64,000 nt of DNA. It comes from an uncultured Chloroflexia bacterium. GTDB taxonomy: Bacteria > Chloroflexota > Limnocylindria > Limnocylindrales > CSP1-4. Of this stretch, positions 46,668-55,849 are shown piece after piece. Numbering within the stretch: position 1 is the stretch's first letter; every line of letters starts with the position of its first letter. The stretch lies in NCBI GenBank assembly GCA_963838115.1, contig CAWIPU010000006.1, forward strand, positions 477,023-541,022, read 5' to 3'. A program made the translations under genes and the position numbers. A model generated the notes under the pieces. It had not been told where the DNA came from, did not search any database, and was given only the letters and a program-made list of their open reading frames with translations.

Positions 46668-47369
46668 TCAGGCGACCACCTGCTGCGCCTCGCGCAGGTC
46701 GATGGCGCCGGTGAACAGCGCCTCGCCCAGGATGACCCCTGCGATACCGGCCTCACCGAGTTTCCGTAGCTCGGCGAGTGAGTTCACGCCTCCTGCTACC
46801 AGCACATCAGCGTCGACCTCGCCGGCCAGGTCCGCGATGGCCGCGAGTCCAGCGACCGACACATGCGAAAACATGAAACGGGTCACGCCCGCGGCCCGCA
46901 GCTCCATGACCAACGTCTCGAGTGTCGGCTCGGCTCGCTGCCGCCAGGGGTAGCCGTGCAGGCTGTCGGGCCGGGCGTCCATGCCCACCGCCAGCCAGTC
47001 GCCGGCGATGGCGAGGCAATCGGCCAGCCGCACCTGATCCTCGGCCACGGCCCACAGGGGCATGACCACGCGGGTGGCACCCGCCGCGAATGCGATCTCC
47101 ACCTGCTCCGGACCGTCCACGCCACCGGCGAGCTGCAGTGGTTTGGCGACGGCGCGAGCCACGGCCTGCAGGGCGTCGAGGTTGACCGGCCGGCCCTGGG
47201 CCGCGCCATCGAGGTCCACCAGGTGGATGGCCGGCGCGCCCTGTGCGGCCAGTGCGACGGCGATGTCCGCCGGTCGATCGGTGGGTGTTCCCACGCCACT
47301 CGATGCGCCGGGCCACCACACCAGCCGCGAGCGACCGTTGTGCAGATCCAGGCTGGGGATGACCTGCAT
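46668..47369 (-). CDS. HisA/HisF-family TIM-barrel protein (orphan HisA-like isomerase)
   Basis: VIPSLDLHNGR...IHLVDLDGA...GGV motifs. No other his genes nearby. Confidence 0.65.
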   Translation of the reverse strand: MQVIPSLDLHNGRSRLVWWPGASSGVGTPTDRPADIAVALAAQGAPAIHLVDLDGAAQGRPVNLDALQAVARAVAKPLQLAGGVDGPEQVEIAFAAGATRVVMPLWAVAEDQVRLADCLAIAGDWLAVGMDARPDSLHGYPWRQRAEPTLETLVMELRAAGVTRFMFSHVSVAGLAAIADLAGEVDADVLVAGGVNSLAELRKLGEAGIAGVILGEALFTGAIDLREAQQVVA

Positions 47370-49069
47370 CAGCGCAAGCCGCTCCGCTCCGGCAACGTGG
47401 GCCCTCCCACCACCGGCGATGCAGACCCACCGCCCTCGCCCGCCAGCAAGCGCCGCTGGAAGGTGATGGGCAAGCTGCCCGAGTACAGCAGCGCGTCGTG
47501 GAAGCGCTGGAGCGAGAAAGTCCCACCCAGGCGCGCCTCCTCATCGGCGCGCAGGCGAAGCAGCAGCACCTTGCCCAGCAGGTACGAGAGGCTATAGCCG
47601 GGCGTCTGCGTGTAGCGCTGCACCTCCGCCCGCGCCACCGGACGCTCGAAACCTGTGTGCTCGACCAGGAAGTCGGTGGCTTCATCCACGCCGATCTCAC
47701 CACGATGGAGGCGGATGTCCAGGATGATGCGGACCGCGCGCCAGATGGCATCGGTGGCCACGATGACACGACGCTGCGGGGTATCCTCGAAGCCTTGTTC
47801 CAACATCATCTGCTCGCAATACATGCCCCAACCTTCGACGAATTCGGGCGCCTCGACCAGGAGGCGTGCAGGCGTCGGGCTCGACAGGGCCGCCGAGAGC
47901 TGCAGGTGATGGCCCGGGTAGGCTTCGTGGACGCTGGTGTTGACGATGGAAGACCAGTTGTGCTCGAGCATGGCACCGGGACCACCATCTACCGAGGGGG
48001 TCACGATGTAGACGCCGCGGATGGGACGGTCGAAAGCGGCCGGCTCGAAGTACGCGGCCAGCGGGATGGTGCTGCGCATGTGCACCGGCGTGGCCATCAC
48101 CTCGATGCGGTCGTCGGCCGGAAGCGTGGCCAGGTCGTGCTCGGCGATGAAGCGACGGGCGCGTTCCATGGCGTCGCGGTAGGCCTCCAGAGCCGTGTCG
48201 AAGTCGGCAGGACCATCGGCCTTCACGCGCTCCACGATCTGGACTTCGCTCAGGGCGGGGTCGATGAGCCGCCCCGCGTCCACGCGCAGTCGGTGCATGG
48301 CCGTGAGCTGCTCCTCGCCGATAGCCAGGATGTCGTCGACCGAGAGGCCGTCGAAGGCGCGCAGACTGATGAGCTCGTCCAGCTCAGCTTCGCCCAGCGC
48401 GATGTGGTCGCCGGCGCGATCGAGCTGGGTCTCGATCCAGGCGGTGTAATCGAACAGAGCGGCGCGGGCGGCGCCGGCGGCGGAATGCAGTCGCTGCAGC
48501 TGCGGACTGTCTCCCGACCACACGGCACCGGCGCCGCTGACGATCTCGTGCACCAGCAAGGGCAGCTCGGCGGCGGATACCTCTTCGAGCTCCAGCCACA
48601 GTCGCACGGGCCGGCCGCCCAGTCGATCACGCACCTGCAGCAGCGCCTCGGGAATGCCCTCGATGCGTTCGGTGAGGGGCACGAGGCGTTCCTCGAGGGG
48701 GGCGAAGTCGCGCGCAGCCAGCAGGAACAAGGCTGTGCCGATCTCATCGGTGGCGGATGTGCAGCGCTCCCAGCCACGCACGATCTCGGCATCGAAGAGG
48801 CGCAGGCGGGCGCCGTGCAGGGCCAGCTCGCGCTCGAAGCGCACCGGCTCGCTGAGCGAAGCGGGGTCGATGGCCTCGAGCGCGTCGATGAAGCGCCGTT
48901 CGGCCGCCATGTCGGCCTCCTTGGCAGTTCGGCTCAGATCGGCGAGCCGCCCATCGTGGGCGTGGACGCCCAGGGCAGTTGCCCACGCGGGGTGCGCTTC
49001 CATGAGCGCGTCGAAGCGTGCCGCGACCAGGGCCGTCAGTCGTGTGTCCGCTGCGGTCTCCGGCTTCAT
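47369..49069 (-). CDS. DUF885-family putative metallopeptidase
   Basis: HEAYPGHHLQL (HExxH-like) in the context typical of DUF885. Confidence 0.6.
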   Translation of the reverse strand: MKPETAADTRLTALVAARFDALMEAHPAWATALGVHAHDGRLADLSRTAKEADMAAERRFIDALEAIDPASLSEPVRFERELALHGARLRLFDAEIVRGWERCTSATDEIGTALFLLAARDFAPLEERLVPLTERIEGIPEALLQVRDRLGGRPVRLWLELEEVSAAELPLLVHEIVSGAGAVWSGDSPQLQRLHSAAGAARAALFDYTAWIETQLDRAGDHIALGEAELDELISLRAFDGLSVDDILAIGEEQLTAMHRLRVDAGRLIDPALSEVQIVERVKADGPADFDTALEAYRDAMERARRFIAEHDLATLPADDRIEVMATPVHMRSTIPLAAYFEPAAFDRPIRGVYIVTPSVDGGPGAMLEHNWSSIVNTSVHEAYPGHHLQLSAALSSPTPARLLVEAPEFVEGWGMYCEQMMLEQGFEDTPQRRVIVATDAIWRAVRIILDIRLHRGEIGVDEATDFLVEHTGFERPVARAEVQRYTQTPGYSLSYLLGKVLLLRLRADEEARLGGTFSLQRFHDALLYSGSLPITFQRRLLAGEGGGSASPVVGGPTLPERSGLR

Positions 49070-50157
49070 GCCGTCCCCATGGCGGCACCAACGAGCGCTG
49101 CCCGCGTGACAGCCAGAGCCTGCTCGATGTCCCTCCGCTCGATGCCGTAGTGGGTCAGCGCCCGCACGCGACCTCCGCCGTACTCGATGTAGGCTACGCC
49201 ACGCGCCCGCGTCTCCGCCATGAATGCGGCCCGTGCCGCCAAGGGGTCCTGGCCGGGATGGGGTCGGACACCGAAGACGATGTAATTGGTGGTGACGCGT
49301 GCCGGGTCCAGGTCGACGATGCCGTCCATCCCGGCCAGTCCCTCCGCCAGGGCTCGGGCGTTGACATGGTCGTCGGATAGGCGCTTGATCATGCCGTCGG
49401 GGCCGTCGCTCAGCGCCACCAGGCCAGGCGCCGCCAGCACCCCGACCTGGCGCATGCCGCCACCCACCAGCTTGCGGGCCCGCCGGGCGCGACCTACGAA
49501 GTCCACATCACCGACCACCACCGATCCGATGGGGCAGGCGAGGCCCTTGGAAAGACAGAACGTGGCGCTGTCGACATCGGCCAGCATCGTGGCGGCGGCG
49601 GTCCCGAGCGCCACGACGGCGTTCCACAGTCGAGCGCCGTCGAGGTGCAGCGGCACGCCCATCTCGTGCGCCACAGTCGCCACCTGCGAAACGTACGCTG
49701 GTGTCAAGGGCTGCCCCATCGAGGGAGAGTGCGTGTTCTCCAGCATCACCAGCGCGGTCGGCGGCTGGTGGAGGTCGTGCGGGTCGCTCATCGCCGCTCG
49801 GATGGCACTCAGGTCCATGGTGCCATCTGCCGCGGCCGGGATCTGCCGAACGGTGGCACCGGTGATGACCGCGTGGCCTCCAGCCTCGTGCTCGACGACA
49901 TGGGCTCCCACGGTGGCCACGATCTCTCCACCGCGCGGGACATGCGCCATGTGCGCCACCAGATTGCCCATGGTGCCGCTGGCGACGAAGAGACCGGCGG
50001 CCTTGCCGGTGAGTTCCGCGGCGCGCTCCTCAAGCGCGATGACCGTGGGATCGTCACGGAAGACGTCATCGCCGACCTCTGCCTCTGCCATCACACGGCG
50101 CATCGCCGGGGTGGGCTTGGTGACGGTGTCGGAGCGGAGGTCGATGAAGTCGGGCAT
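49066..50157 (-). CDS. ltaE: Low-specificity L-threonine aldolase
   Basis: IDLRSDTVTKP...ASGTMGNL, PLP-dependent fold. Start at MPDFIDL. Confidence 0.85.
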   Translation of the reverse strand: MPDFIDLRSDTVTKPTPAMRRVMAEAEVGDDVFRDDPTVIALEERAAELTGKAAGLFVASGTMGNLVAHMAHVPRGGEIVATVGAHVVEHEAGGHAVITGATVRQIPAAADGTMDLSAIRAAMSDPHDLHQPPTALVMLENTHSPSMGQPLTPAYVSQVATVAHEMGVPLHLDGARLWNAVVALGTAAATMLADVDSATFCLSKGLACPIGSVVVGDVDFVGRARRARKLVGGGMRQVGVLAAPGLVALSDGPDGMIKRLSDDHVNARALAEGLAGMDGIVDLDPARVTTNYIVFGVRPHPGQDPLAARAAFMAETRARGVAYIEYGGGRVRALTHYGIERRDIEQALAVTRAALVGAAMGTA

Positions 50158-50227
50158 GGTCAGGCAGCATAGCGAGGCAGCCTGTGCGGCGTGTTCGCCT
50201 GGCATTTGCTAGAGTTCGCAGTCCGCA

Positions 50228-50304
50228 GGACCCGTGGTGTAGCGGCCTAACATGCCAGCCTGTCACGCTGGAGATCGCCGGTTCGAATCCGGTCGGGTCC
50301 GCCA
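50228..50304 (+). tRNA. tRNA-Asp (anticodon GUC), CCA encoded
   Basis: GGACCCG acceptor stem, anticodon loop CUGUCAC, GGUUCGAAUCC T-loop. Confidence 0.9.
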
Positions 50305-50334
50305 GTCCCTCATCTCGATGACGACGAAGCCCCT

Positions 50335-52083
50335 ATGAGCAACGCTCCGACCGATCCACGCCGCGCCGAGCTGGGATCGAAGATCCTGGTCGTCGGCCTC
50401 GTCGCGATCTTCCTGTTCAGTCTGTTCGGCTTTGCCTTGGCCGTGTTCGACGCGCAGGGGGAGAAGCCGACGGAGCCGGCGCCACCGTCGTTGCCGGCCA
50501 TCCCTGTTGCTGCTGCCGTGGGTCCCATCCGACTGGCACTCGCCGAGACCACGCCGGCGGCGCGGTTGGAAGCCTCGGTCGAGGCTAGCCCATCGCCCGC
50601 GCTTTCCCAGGCCGCGATGTTTCTGTCCGCGGCGTCGGCTTCAGGCGAGCCTGCTGCTTCAGGCGATCCTGCTGCCACCACCGCAACGATCATGCCCATC
50701 GTGCCCGTGACAGGATTCTGGTCGACGCGTGATGGCATCAGGTCTCGTGACATCAGGCAGGCCCTGGAGCGCGGGACTGCCAAGGGCTTCAAGCGCGTCA
50801 TCGTCGATGATGGCATCGCCGATGCGCTGACCGAGTCGCTCGGGGTCGAGCTTCACGCCAAGGTCCGCCGTGGAGACGCCGAGGCCATCGCGACCACGGT
50901 CGCCAAGGGTGGTCTGGGGCTGCTTCCGGCGACCCAGGTGACTCCTGCCATGCGCACGCTCGAGATCGACGGCGTCGCGCTGCTCGGCAACGAGCGCATC
51001 CGCGACGTCTCCGACTGGCCGCTGGACCTGACGCTGGAGGCCACGGCCGATGGATCCTGGGACCAGGCGCAGACCTGGGTGTTGGTGGCCGGCGGAGACG
51101 CCTTCACCGATCGCGGCGTCTTCGACAAGGTCGTGCGCAAGGGCAAGGGCGTGAACTACCCCTTCGACGGCGGCACGGCCCGGGTGACGGGTCACGGCTG
51201 CTGTGACCCGGTGTACCACGACAATGTCGTGCCGCGCTACCAGACGACGGGCAACAAGGGTCTGGTGCGGAAGCTGTTCAAGGGCGCCGAGCTGGCCATC
51301 GCGAACCATGAACAGCCGGTCACTGACGCCGCCGTCCACCACACCAGCGGCCTGCGCTTCAGCGGTCAGCCCGAGCTGACGAAGATCTTCACCCGCGCCG
51401 GCCTCGATTTCGTGTCATTGGCCAACAACCACATCAAGGACTATGGCGCCGACGGCATCAAGGACACTCGCCGCATCCTGCGAAAGAACGGTCTCGCCTT
51501 CGGCGGCGCAGGGGCCGACCTGGAGCAGGCGCGCAGCATCAGCTACCTTCACGCCCGCGACACGACGGTGGCCATCATCCCGTGTCTTGACTTCGTTCCG
51601 ATCTACTGGGCCGCTGCCGATGAGAGCGGCGCCACGCCCTGTCTGGACCGCTACCTGGTGCCCGACATCAAGCAGGCAGCTTCGTCGGCTGATGTCGTCA
51701 TCGTCTTTCCCCACTGGGGCACGGAATACTCGCGGCAGCCACAGCCCTCGATGCGCAAGCACGCCGCACGCTGGGCCAAGGCCGGCGCTGACCTTGTCCT
51801 GGGTGCTCACAGCCACGTCGCAGGTGCCATCGAGGACATCGAAGGCACGCCCGTGATGTATTCGCTGGGCAACTTCATCTTCGATCAGAACTGGTCGACC
51901 AACACCATGGAATCAGCCCTGCTGGAAGCCACCTTCCATGGCGACCAACTCCTCGAGATGCGATTGCGTCCCTACATCATCCACGACACCACGCAGCCCA
52001 ACCTGCTCGATCCTGCCAGTGGCGAGGGGAAGCGGCTGTTGCGCGAGATCAGGCAGGTCTCGGCTTCTTGGCTCGACTGGTAG
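50335..52083 (+). CDS. CapA/PGA_cap-family metallophosphatase-like protein, membrane anchored
   Basis: N-terminal TM helix. C-terminal SLANNHIKDYG...GAHSHV...SLGNFIFDQ. Confidence 0.75.
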   Translation: MSNAPTDPRRAELGSKILVVGLVAIFLFSLFGFALAVFDAQGEKPTEPAPPSLPAIPVAAAVGPIRLALAETTPAARLEASVEASPSPALSQAAMFLSAASASGEPAASGDPAATTATIMPIVPVTGFWSTRDGIRSRDIRQALERGTAKGFKRVIVDDGIADALTESLGVELHAKVRRGDAEAIATTVAKGGLGLLPATQVTPAMRTLEIDGVALLGNERIRDVSDWPLDLTLEATADGSWDQAQTWVLVAGGDAFTDRGVFDKVVRKGKGVNYPFDGGTARVTGHGCCDPVYHDNVVPRYQTTGNKGLVRKLFKGAELAIANHEQPVTDAAVHHTSGLRFSGQPELTKIFTRAGLDFVSLANNHIKDYGADGIKDTRRILRKNGLAFGGAGADLEQARSISYLHARDTTVAIIPCLDFVPIYWAAADESGATPCLDRYLVPDIKQAASSADVVIVFPHWGTEYSRQPQPSMRKHAARWAKAGADLVLGAHSHVAGAIEDIEGTPVMYSLGNFIFDQNWSTNTMESALLEATFHGDQLLEMRLRPYIIHDTTQPNLLDPASGEGKRLLREIRQVSASWLDW

Positions 52084-52113
52084 CCACCATCGAGCATCGG
52101 TAGCCGTGACGGC

Positions 52114-52980
52114 TCAGGCCAGCCCGACTTCCCGGGCGCTGGGCCACAACGAGAGATCAAGGCCGGGAACGAGTTCGGTCAGCTGCGCCAGGTCGGGTGC
52201 GTACCCGGCCAGCAACGACGCCCGCAGGGAGGGCGAAGGCTGGAACTTCTCACGCGTCGTGGGGTTGACTTCGCCAGCGATGGCGTCGGGATCGAGTGCA
52301 TGTGGCGGCAGCCCCAGGAAAGCGTACGTCTTCGCCAGCTGCTGGGCCGGCTCGGCACGGCAAGCCTCGTACTGTCCGACCCATACGCGCTCGGCCGGGA
52401 ACGCCGCCAGGACGCGTCGCAGCTGCGGCGCATAGAGGCCGCGCTGGAAGGCACCCTGGATGTCCCGATCGGTCAGGGGCGCGCTCGAGGTCGCGAGTTG
52501 GTGGGTGAGGCCTGAGCGGAACCGCTCCAGGGGATCGCGCAGCAGCACCAGGATGTGCGCCTCCGGCGCGGCGCGGGCGATGAGCTCGGGCGTCCAGAAG
52601 TCGATCAGGTAGCCAGGCGTCCATTCGCCCGCGACGGACCCCTCGGGCACCGGGAAGTAGCGCTGATAGGACTCGATGTCGGCGGTCTCGAACGGCTCTT
52701 CCCAGGAACGGTCGAAGAAATGCAGCTCCTTGGGCTGGCCAGGTGTGCTGACGACGTGCGGATGCGTCTCGATGAGCCGGTTCCACCACGAGGTCCCCGC
52801 CTTCTGGGCGCCGACCCCGACGTAGTGAGGCGGACCCGTGCGCCAGCCATCAGGACAAGGGGGTGGCTCCGGTGGCCCCGGCTGTCGCGGACCACGCCAT
52901 CGATACCAGGCGCGCGAACCACGCACGGCCAGCCTACGCGCACGTGCCTTGAGTTTCACCGGGGCGACTTCCACAGCGAG
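52114..52980 (-). CDS. Sulfotransferase family protein (paralog 1)
   Basis: PAPS 5'-PSB-like motif GAQKAGTSWW and KELHFFDRSW. Start uncertain. Confidence 0.7.
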   Translation of the reverse strand, partial: LAVEVAPVKLKARARRLAVRGSRAWYRWRGPRQPGPPEPPPCPDGWRTGPPHYVGVGAQKAGTSWWNRLIETHPHVVSTPGQPKELHFFDRSWEEPFETADIESYQRYFPVPEGSVAGEWTPGYLIDFWTPELIARAAPEAHILVLLRDPLERFRSGLTHQLATSSAPLTDRDIQGAFQRGLYAPQLRRVLAAFPAERVWVGQYEACRAEPAQQLAKTYAFLGLPPHALDPDAIAGEVNPTTREKFQPSPSLRASLLAGYAPDLAQLTELVPGLDLSLWPSAREVGLA

Positions 52981-53729
52981 AGGTCCAGGTCGGGTAGCAG
53001 CCCCGCCAGCCGTTCGTTCTCTGGCGCGTAGTGGCGTACCAGCTGTCCTTCCTGCCACTCGCTCAGGGTCACCTTGGGACCGTGCGAGCCGTTGACGCGC
53101 GCATCGAGATCCAAGTCTGGGCGGACTTCCGGTGTCAGGCCGATGAAGCGATAGGTGCGTTCGAGCTGCGCCCTGGGCTCAGCCACGCACCGCTCGTACT
53201 GGAGCACCAGCACCTGTTCGCGTGGAAAGATGGCCCAGAGTCGCAGCAGTTGGTCGGCATAGACGCCGCGATTGAAGGCGGCGTTCGCCGCCGCGCGTGC
53301 GGTGGCGCCGACCGTGAAGCGGCTCTCCGCGAGCGTGCGGCCGGAACGGAAGCGTTCGACGGGGTCGCGCAGTAGAACCAGCAGGCGAGCGTCCGGGGCA
53401 GCCTGCCGCAGCAGTGACGGCGTCCAGGCGTCGAGCATGTAGCCGGGTGTCCATTCACCACTGAGGCAACCCGCTGGCCGACCGAACAGGGCGTGGTAGC
53501 GGGCGATGTCGCCTTCGGCCAGGCCAGACTTCCAGTGGCGCTCGAAGAAGTGCACTTCCTTGGGTGTGGTCGCGGGTCGGCTGACCCCGGGGTGGGCGAC
53601 CACGAGGCTGTCCCACCAGGTCGTACCGGAACGTGCCGTCCCCACACCTACGTAGTCTGGGGGCCCGGTCTGCCAACCGTCGGGCAGTCCTGCAGCTGGT
53701 TGGCGTGGCTCCTTTGGTGCGGCTGACAT
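52956..53729 (-). CDS. Sulfotransferase family protein (paralog 2)
   Basis: GTARSGTTWW and KEVHFFERHW. Start at MSAAPKEP (ATG 53727-53729). Confidence 0.7.
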   Translation of the reverse strand: MSAAPKEPRQPAAGLPDGWQTGPPDYVGVGTARSGTTWWDSLVVAHPGVSRPATTPKEVHFFERHWKSGLAEGDIARYHALFGRPAGCLSGEWTPGYMLDAWTPSLLRQAAPDARLLVLLRDPVERFRSGRTLAESRFTVGATARAAANAAFNRGVYADQLLRLWAIFPREQVLVLQYERCVAEPRAQLERTYRFIGLTPEVRPDLDLDARVNGSHGPKVTLSEWQEGQLVRHYAPENERLAGLLPDLDLSLWKSPR

Positions 53730-53860
53730 CGCCCTGATGATAGGTGCTCGATGCCGTCGCGCAGGGGGCAGCCGGGGCCCTCGGTGGCCCCAGATACAAG
53801 AAGACGGCCCGCCCCCTGCTGGGGACGGGCCGTCAGTGTGCGCTCGAAAGAGCTGCGTTC

Positions 53861-54016
53861 CTAGATCTGCGCGCCGATCGTCGACAGGATCGAGGAGATC
53901 TGGCCGCCGAGGAAGATGAGCGCGGCGATGGCGATGATGGCGATAAGCGCCAGGATCAACGCGTACTCGGCCAGGCCCTGGCCATCCTCGTCGCGGCGAA
54001 GCAGGAAGTCGACCAT
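53861..54016 (-). CDS. flp: Flp/Fap-family type IVb pilin (51 aa)
   Basis: MVDFLLRRDEDGQGLAEYALILALIAIIAIAALIFLGGQISSILSTIGAQI carries the Flp G/EY processing motif and hydrophobic core. GGAGG RBS. Below the 60-aa cut-off of the supplied ORF track. Confidence 0.8.
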   Translation of the reverse strand: MVDFLLRRDEDGQGLAEYALILALIAIIAIAALIFLGGQISSILSTIGAQI

Positions 54017-54307
54017 GTTGATGGTCCTCCGTTTCTGTGGCTCCCCGCAAAAGCGGTTCGCCGGTGATTGGATGAATTCGCTCGGTTGCCCTATCGGGCC
54101 TCCGTGCTCGGCGGACAGTACAGCGCCACCGTCAACTGTGCACTGGGACAGCCGGCAGGCCTATCAAATGTCCTCAGTGCCCGGAATGATGATGCGGGCG
54201 CCTGACACAGTCCATGGCACCTCTGGGGGCCATGGACCCGGACCTTCGGGGGTGCCGACGCAGCGGTCTCGGGGGGTCGTGTGCGGTTAAGACTGCTGGG
54301 GCCCGCG

Positions 54308-54502
54308 CTACGTGTTCGCGTCGATCGTGCTGCCGATCATCGACAACAGGTCCGCCAGCGCGTCACCCAGGAACACGAGTGACAGGATCGCCACGATGGC
54401 GATGAGCGCAAGGATGAGGGCGTACTCTGCCAGACCCTGCCCTTGCTGCCCCCCGGACCGCAGCGCCACGAACAGTTGGATGAGTTCGTTCATGGACTGC
54501 AC
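54308..54502 (-). CDS. flp: Flp/Fap-family type IVb pilin (paralog 2)
   Basis: ...GQQGQGLAEYALILALIAIVAILSLVFLGDALADLLSMIGSTIDANT. Confidence 0.8.
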   Translation of the reverse strand: MQSMNELIQLFVALRSGGQQGQGLAEYALILALIAIVAILSLVFLGDALADLLSMIGSTIDANT

Positions 54503-54529
54503 GACCCTCCTTCCGTCGGTGGCACCGCC

Positions 54530-54925
54530 CTACTCTCCGATGACCGACCAGATGAAGCCCATGAAGATGAAGATGCCGGCGAAGAGCCCGATGAGGGCCG
54601 GGACGCCGACCGTGTTCACTTCGAGATCCATGCTCGCCAGGAACCCCATCGCCAGCGCCCAGATGACGATGAGCGCACCAAACAGGTACTTGGCATTGAC
54701 GGTCGTGATGGCCTCGACCCACGCCGTTCGCCGTCGTTCGGGCACGAGCATGACGGTGACCAGCAGGGCCACCATCGCTGCGCCCAGCAACACGCCACCG
54801 GCGAACCCGATGAACTGGCTGGCTTCCAGCTCGGTCCGCAGCGCTCCGTAGACCGAGATGACCACGGCGCCCAGCAAGAGGAAGGCGCAGAGGTAGCCGA
54901 GAACTCGCAGTCGATCCCAAGTCAT
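54530..54925 (-). CDS. Hypothetical 4-TM membrane protein encoded between the Flp pilin genes
   Basis: Four hydrophobic helices. Start taken at MTWDRLRV. Confidence 0.45.
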   Translation of the reverse strand: MTWDRLRVLGYLCAFLLLGAVVISVYGALRTELEASQFIGFAGGVLLGAAMVALLVTVMLVPERRRTAWVEAITTVNAKYLFGALIVIWALAMGFLASMDLEVNTVGVPALIGLFAGIFIFMGFIWSVIGE

Positions 54926-55166
54926 GTGGCCGGGAATCCTATCAAAATAGCAAGCCGCAAGAACAGCGTTCCTGCGAATCCTCACCACCAAGGCCTCGGT
55001 CGACCACGTGAGGACGGTCGCCGAACAGTACCTGCGGCGGTGCTCGATTGGAAGTGAGACGGCCGGCCGTAAGTCCGATTATCGGTGCCCACGGACACCG
55101 CAACGCAGCACGAGACGGCCACACTGACGGTGCGGCGCTCTGGGCGAGGAGCCTGATCGCGCGGTG

Positions 55167-55380
55167 CTAGCCGCTGCCGCCGATGAGGTCCGTGACCGTC
55201 TTGAAGCCGGCGTTGATGATCTCGTTGAATGTCCCCTTGATCGAATCTGCCCAGGAAGATCAGCGAGGCGATGGCGACGATGGCGATCAAGGCCAGGATC
55301 AGTGCGTACTCGGCGAGGCCCTGGCCACGTTGGCCGTCGTCGGTTTGGGGCTTGGCCGGTAGGATCGCACGTAGCTTCAT
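55167..55380 (-). pseudogene. Flp-family pilin (paralog 3) disrupted by a 1-nt frameshift in a G/C run near 55248-55253
   Basis: MKLRAILPAKPQTDDGQRGQGLAEYALILALIAIVAIASLIFLG. The Flp-like C-terminus (ADSIKGTFNEIINAGFKTVTDLIGGSG) continues in the +1 frame. The span is 214 nt, which is not a multiple of 3. Confidence 0.6.
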
Positions 55381-55849
55381 GAGGGGCCGTGAGCGAGTGG
55401 CCCGTTCGGCGAGACTCGCCGCAGCTCGTAGCATGTCCATCAGTCGTTCTCCGATGGCGGAGCAGCGGACGACGACCGGCTCCGGCCGGTCCTGGCCTGC
55501 TCGGGTGGAGCACCGTCGAGATGGATGATGAGACGGGGACCCGTGATGGCCGGAAGCGGTGGGAGCACGGGGCAGTTGCTCGGTTCGATGGGCCCCGTCG
55601 GTCGTATTCAGCTGATCCAAGGATTGAGGATGATTGCGCCAGCTCCGCAACCTGGGCTCGTGGCCACGCGGTTCCAGCGCCCGCAACGTATCTCTTGCGG
55701 TGAGGGGTGCCTATGGCCCCAAAGAACCACCAGGGGCGGTGCGTCGCGGCACCGATTGGGCCTTGCGATCAACGTGGACTGGACGCCAAGCCGGCTACGT
55801 GGGCTGGACGCCACGCCGGAGTATCATCGCCCACCACGCAGGAGGAACC

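Noticed and set aside
54982-55686. 234-aa minus-strand ORF
   Set aside because: It is a read-through of the frameshifted third Flp pilin into non-coding sequence, not a real 234-aa protein.
55381-55849. Lysine riboswitch upstream of kamA
   Set aside because: No L-box-like conserved segments were recognisable. The region more plausibly holds divergent promoters for flp and kamA.
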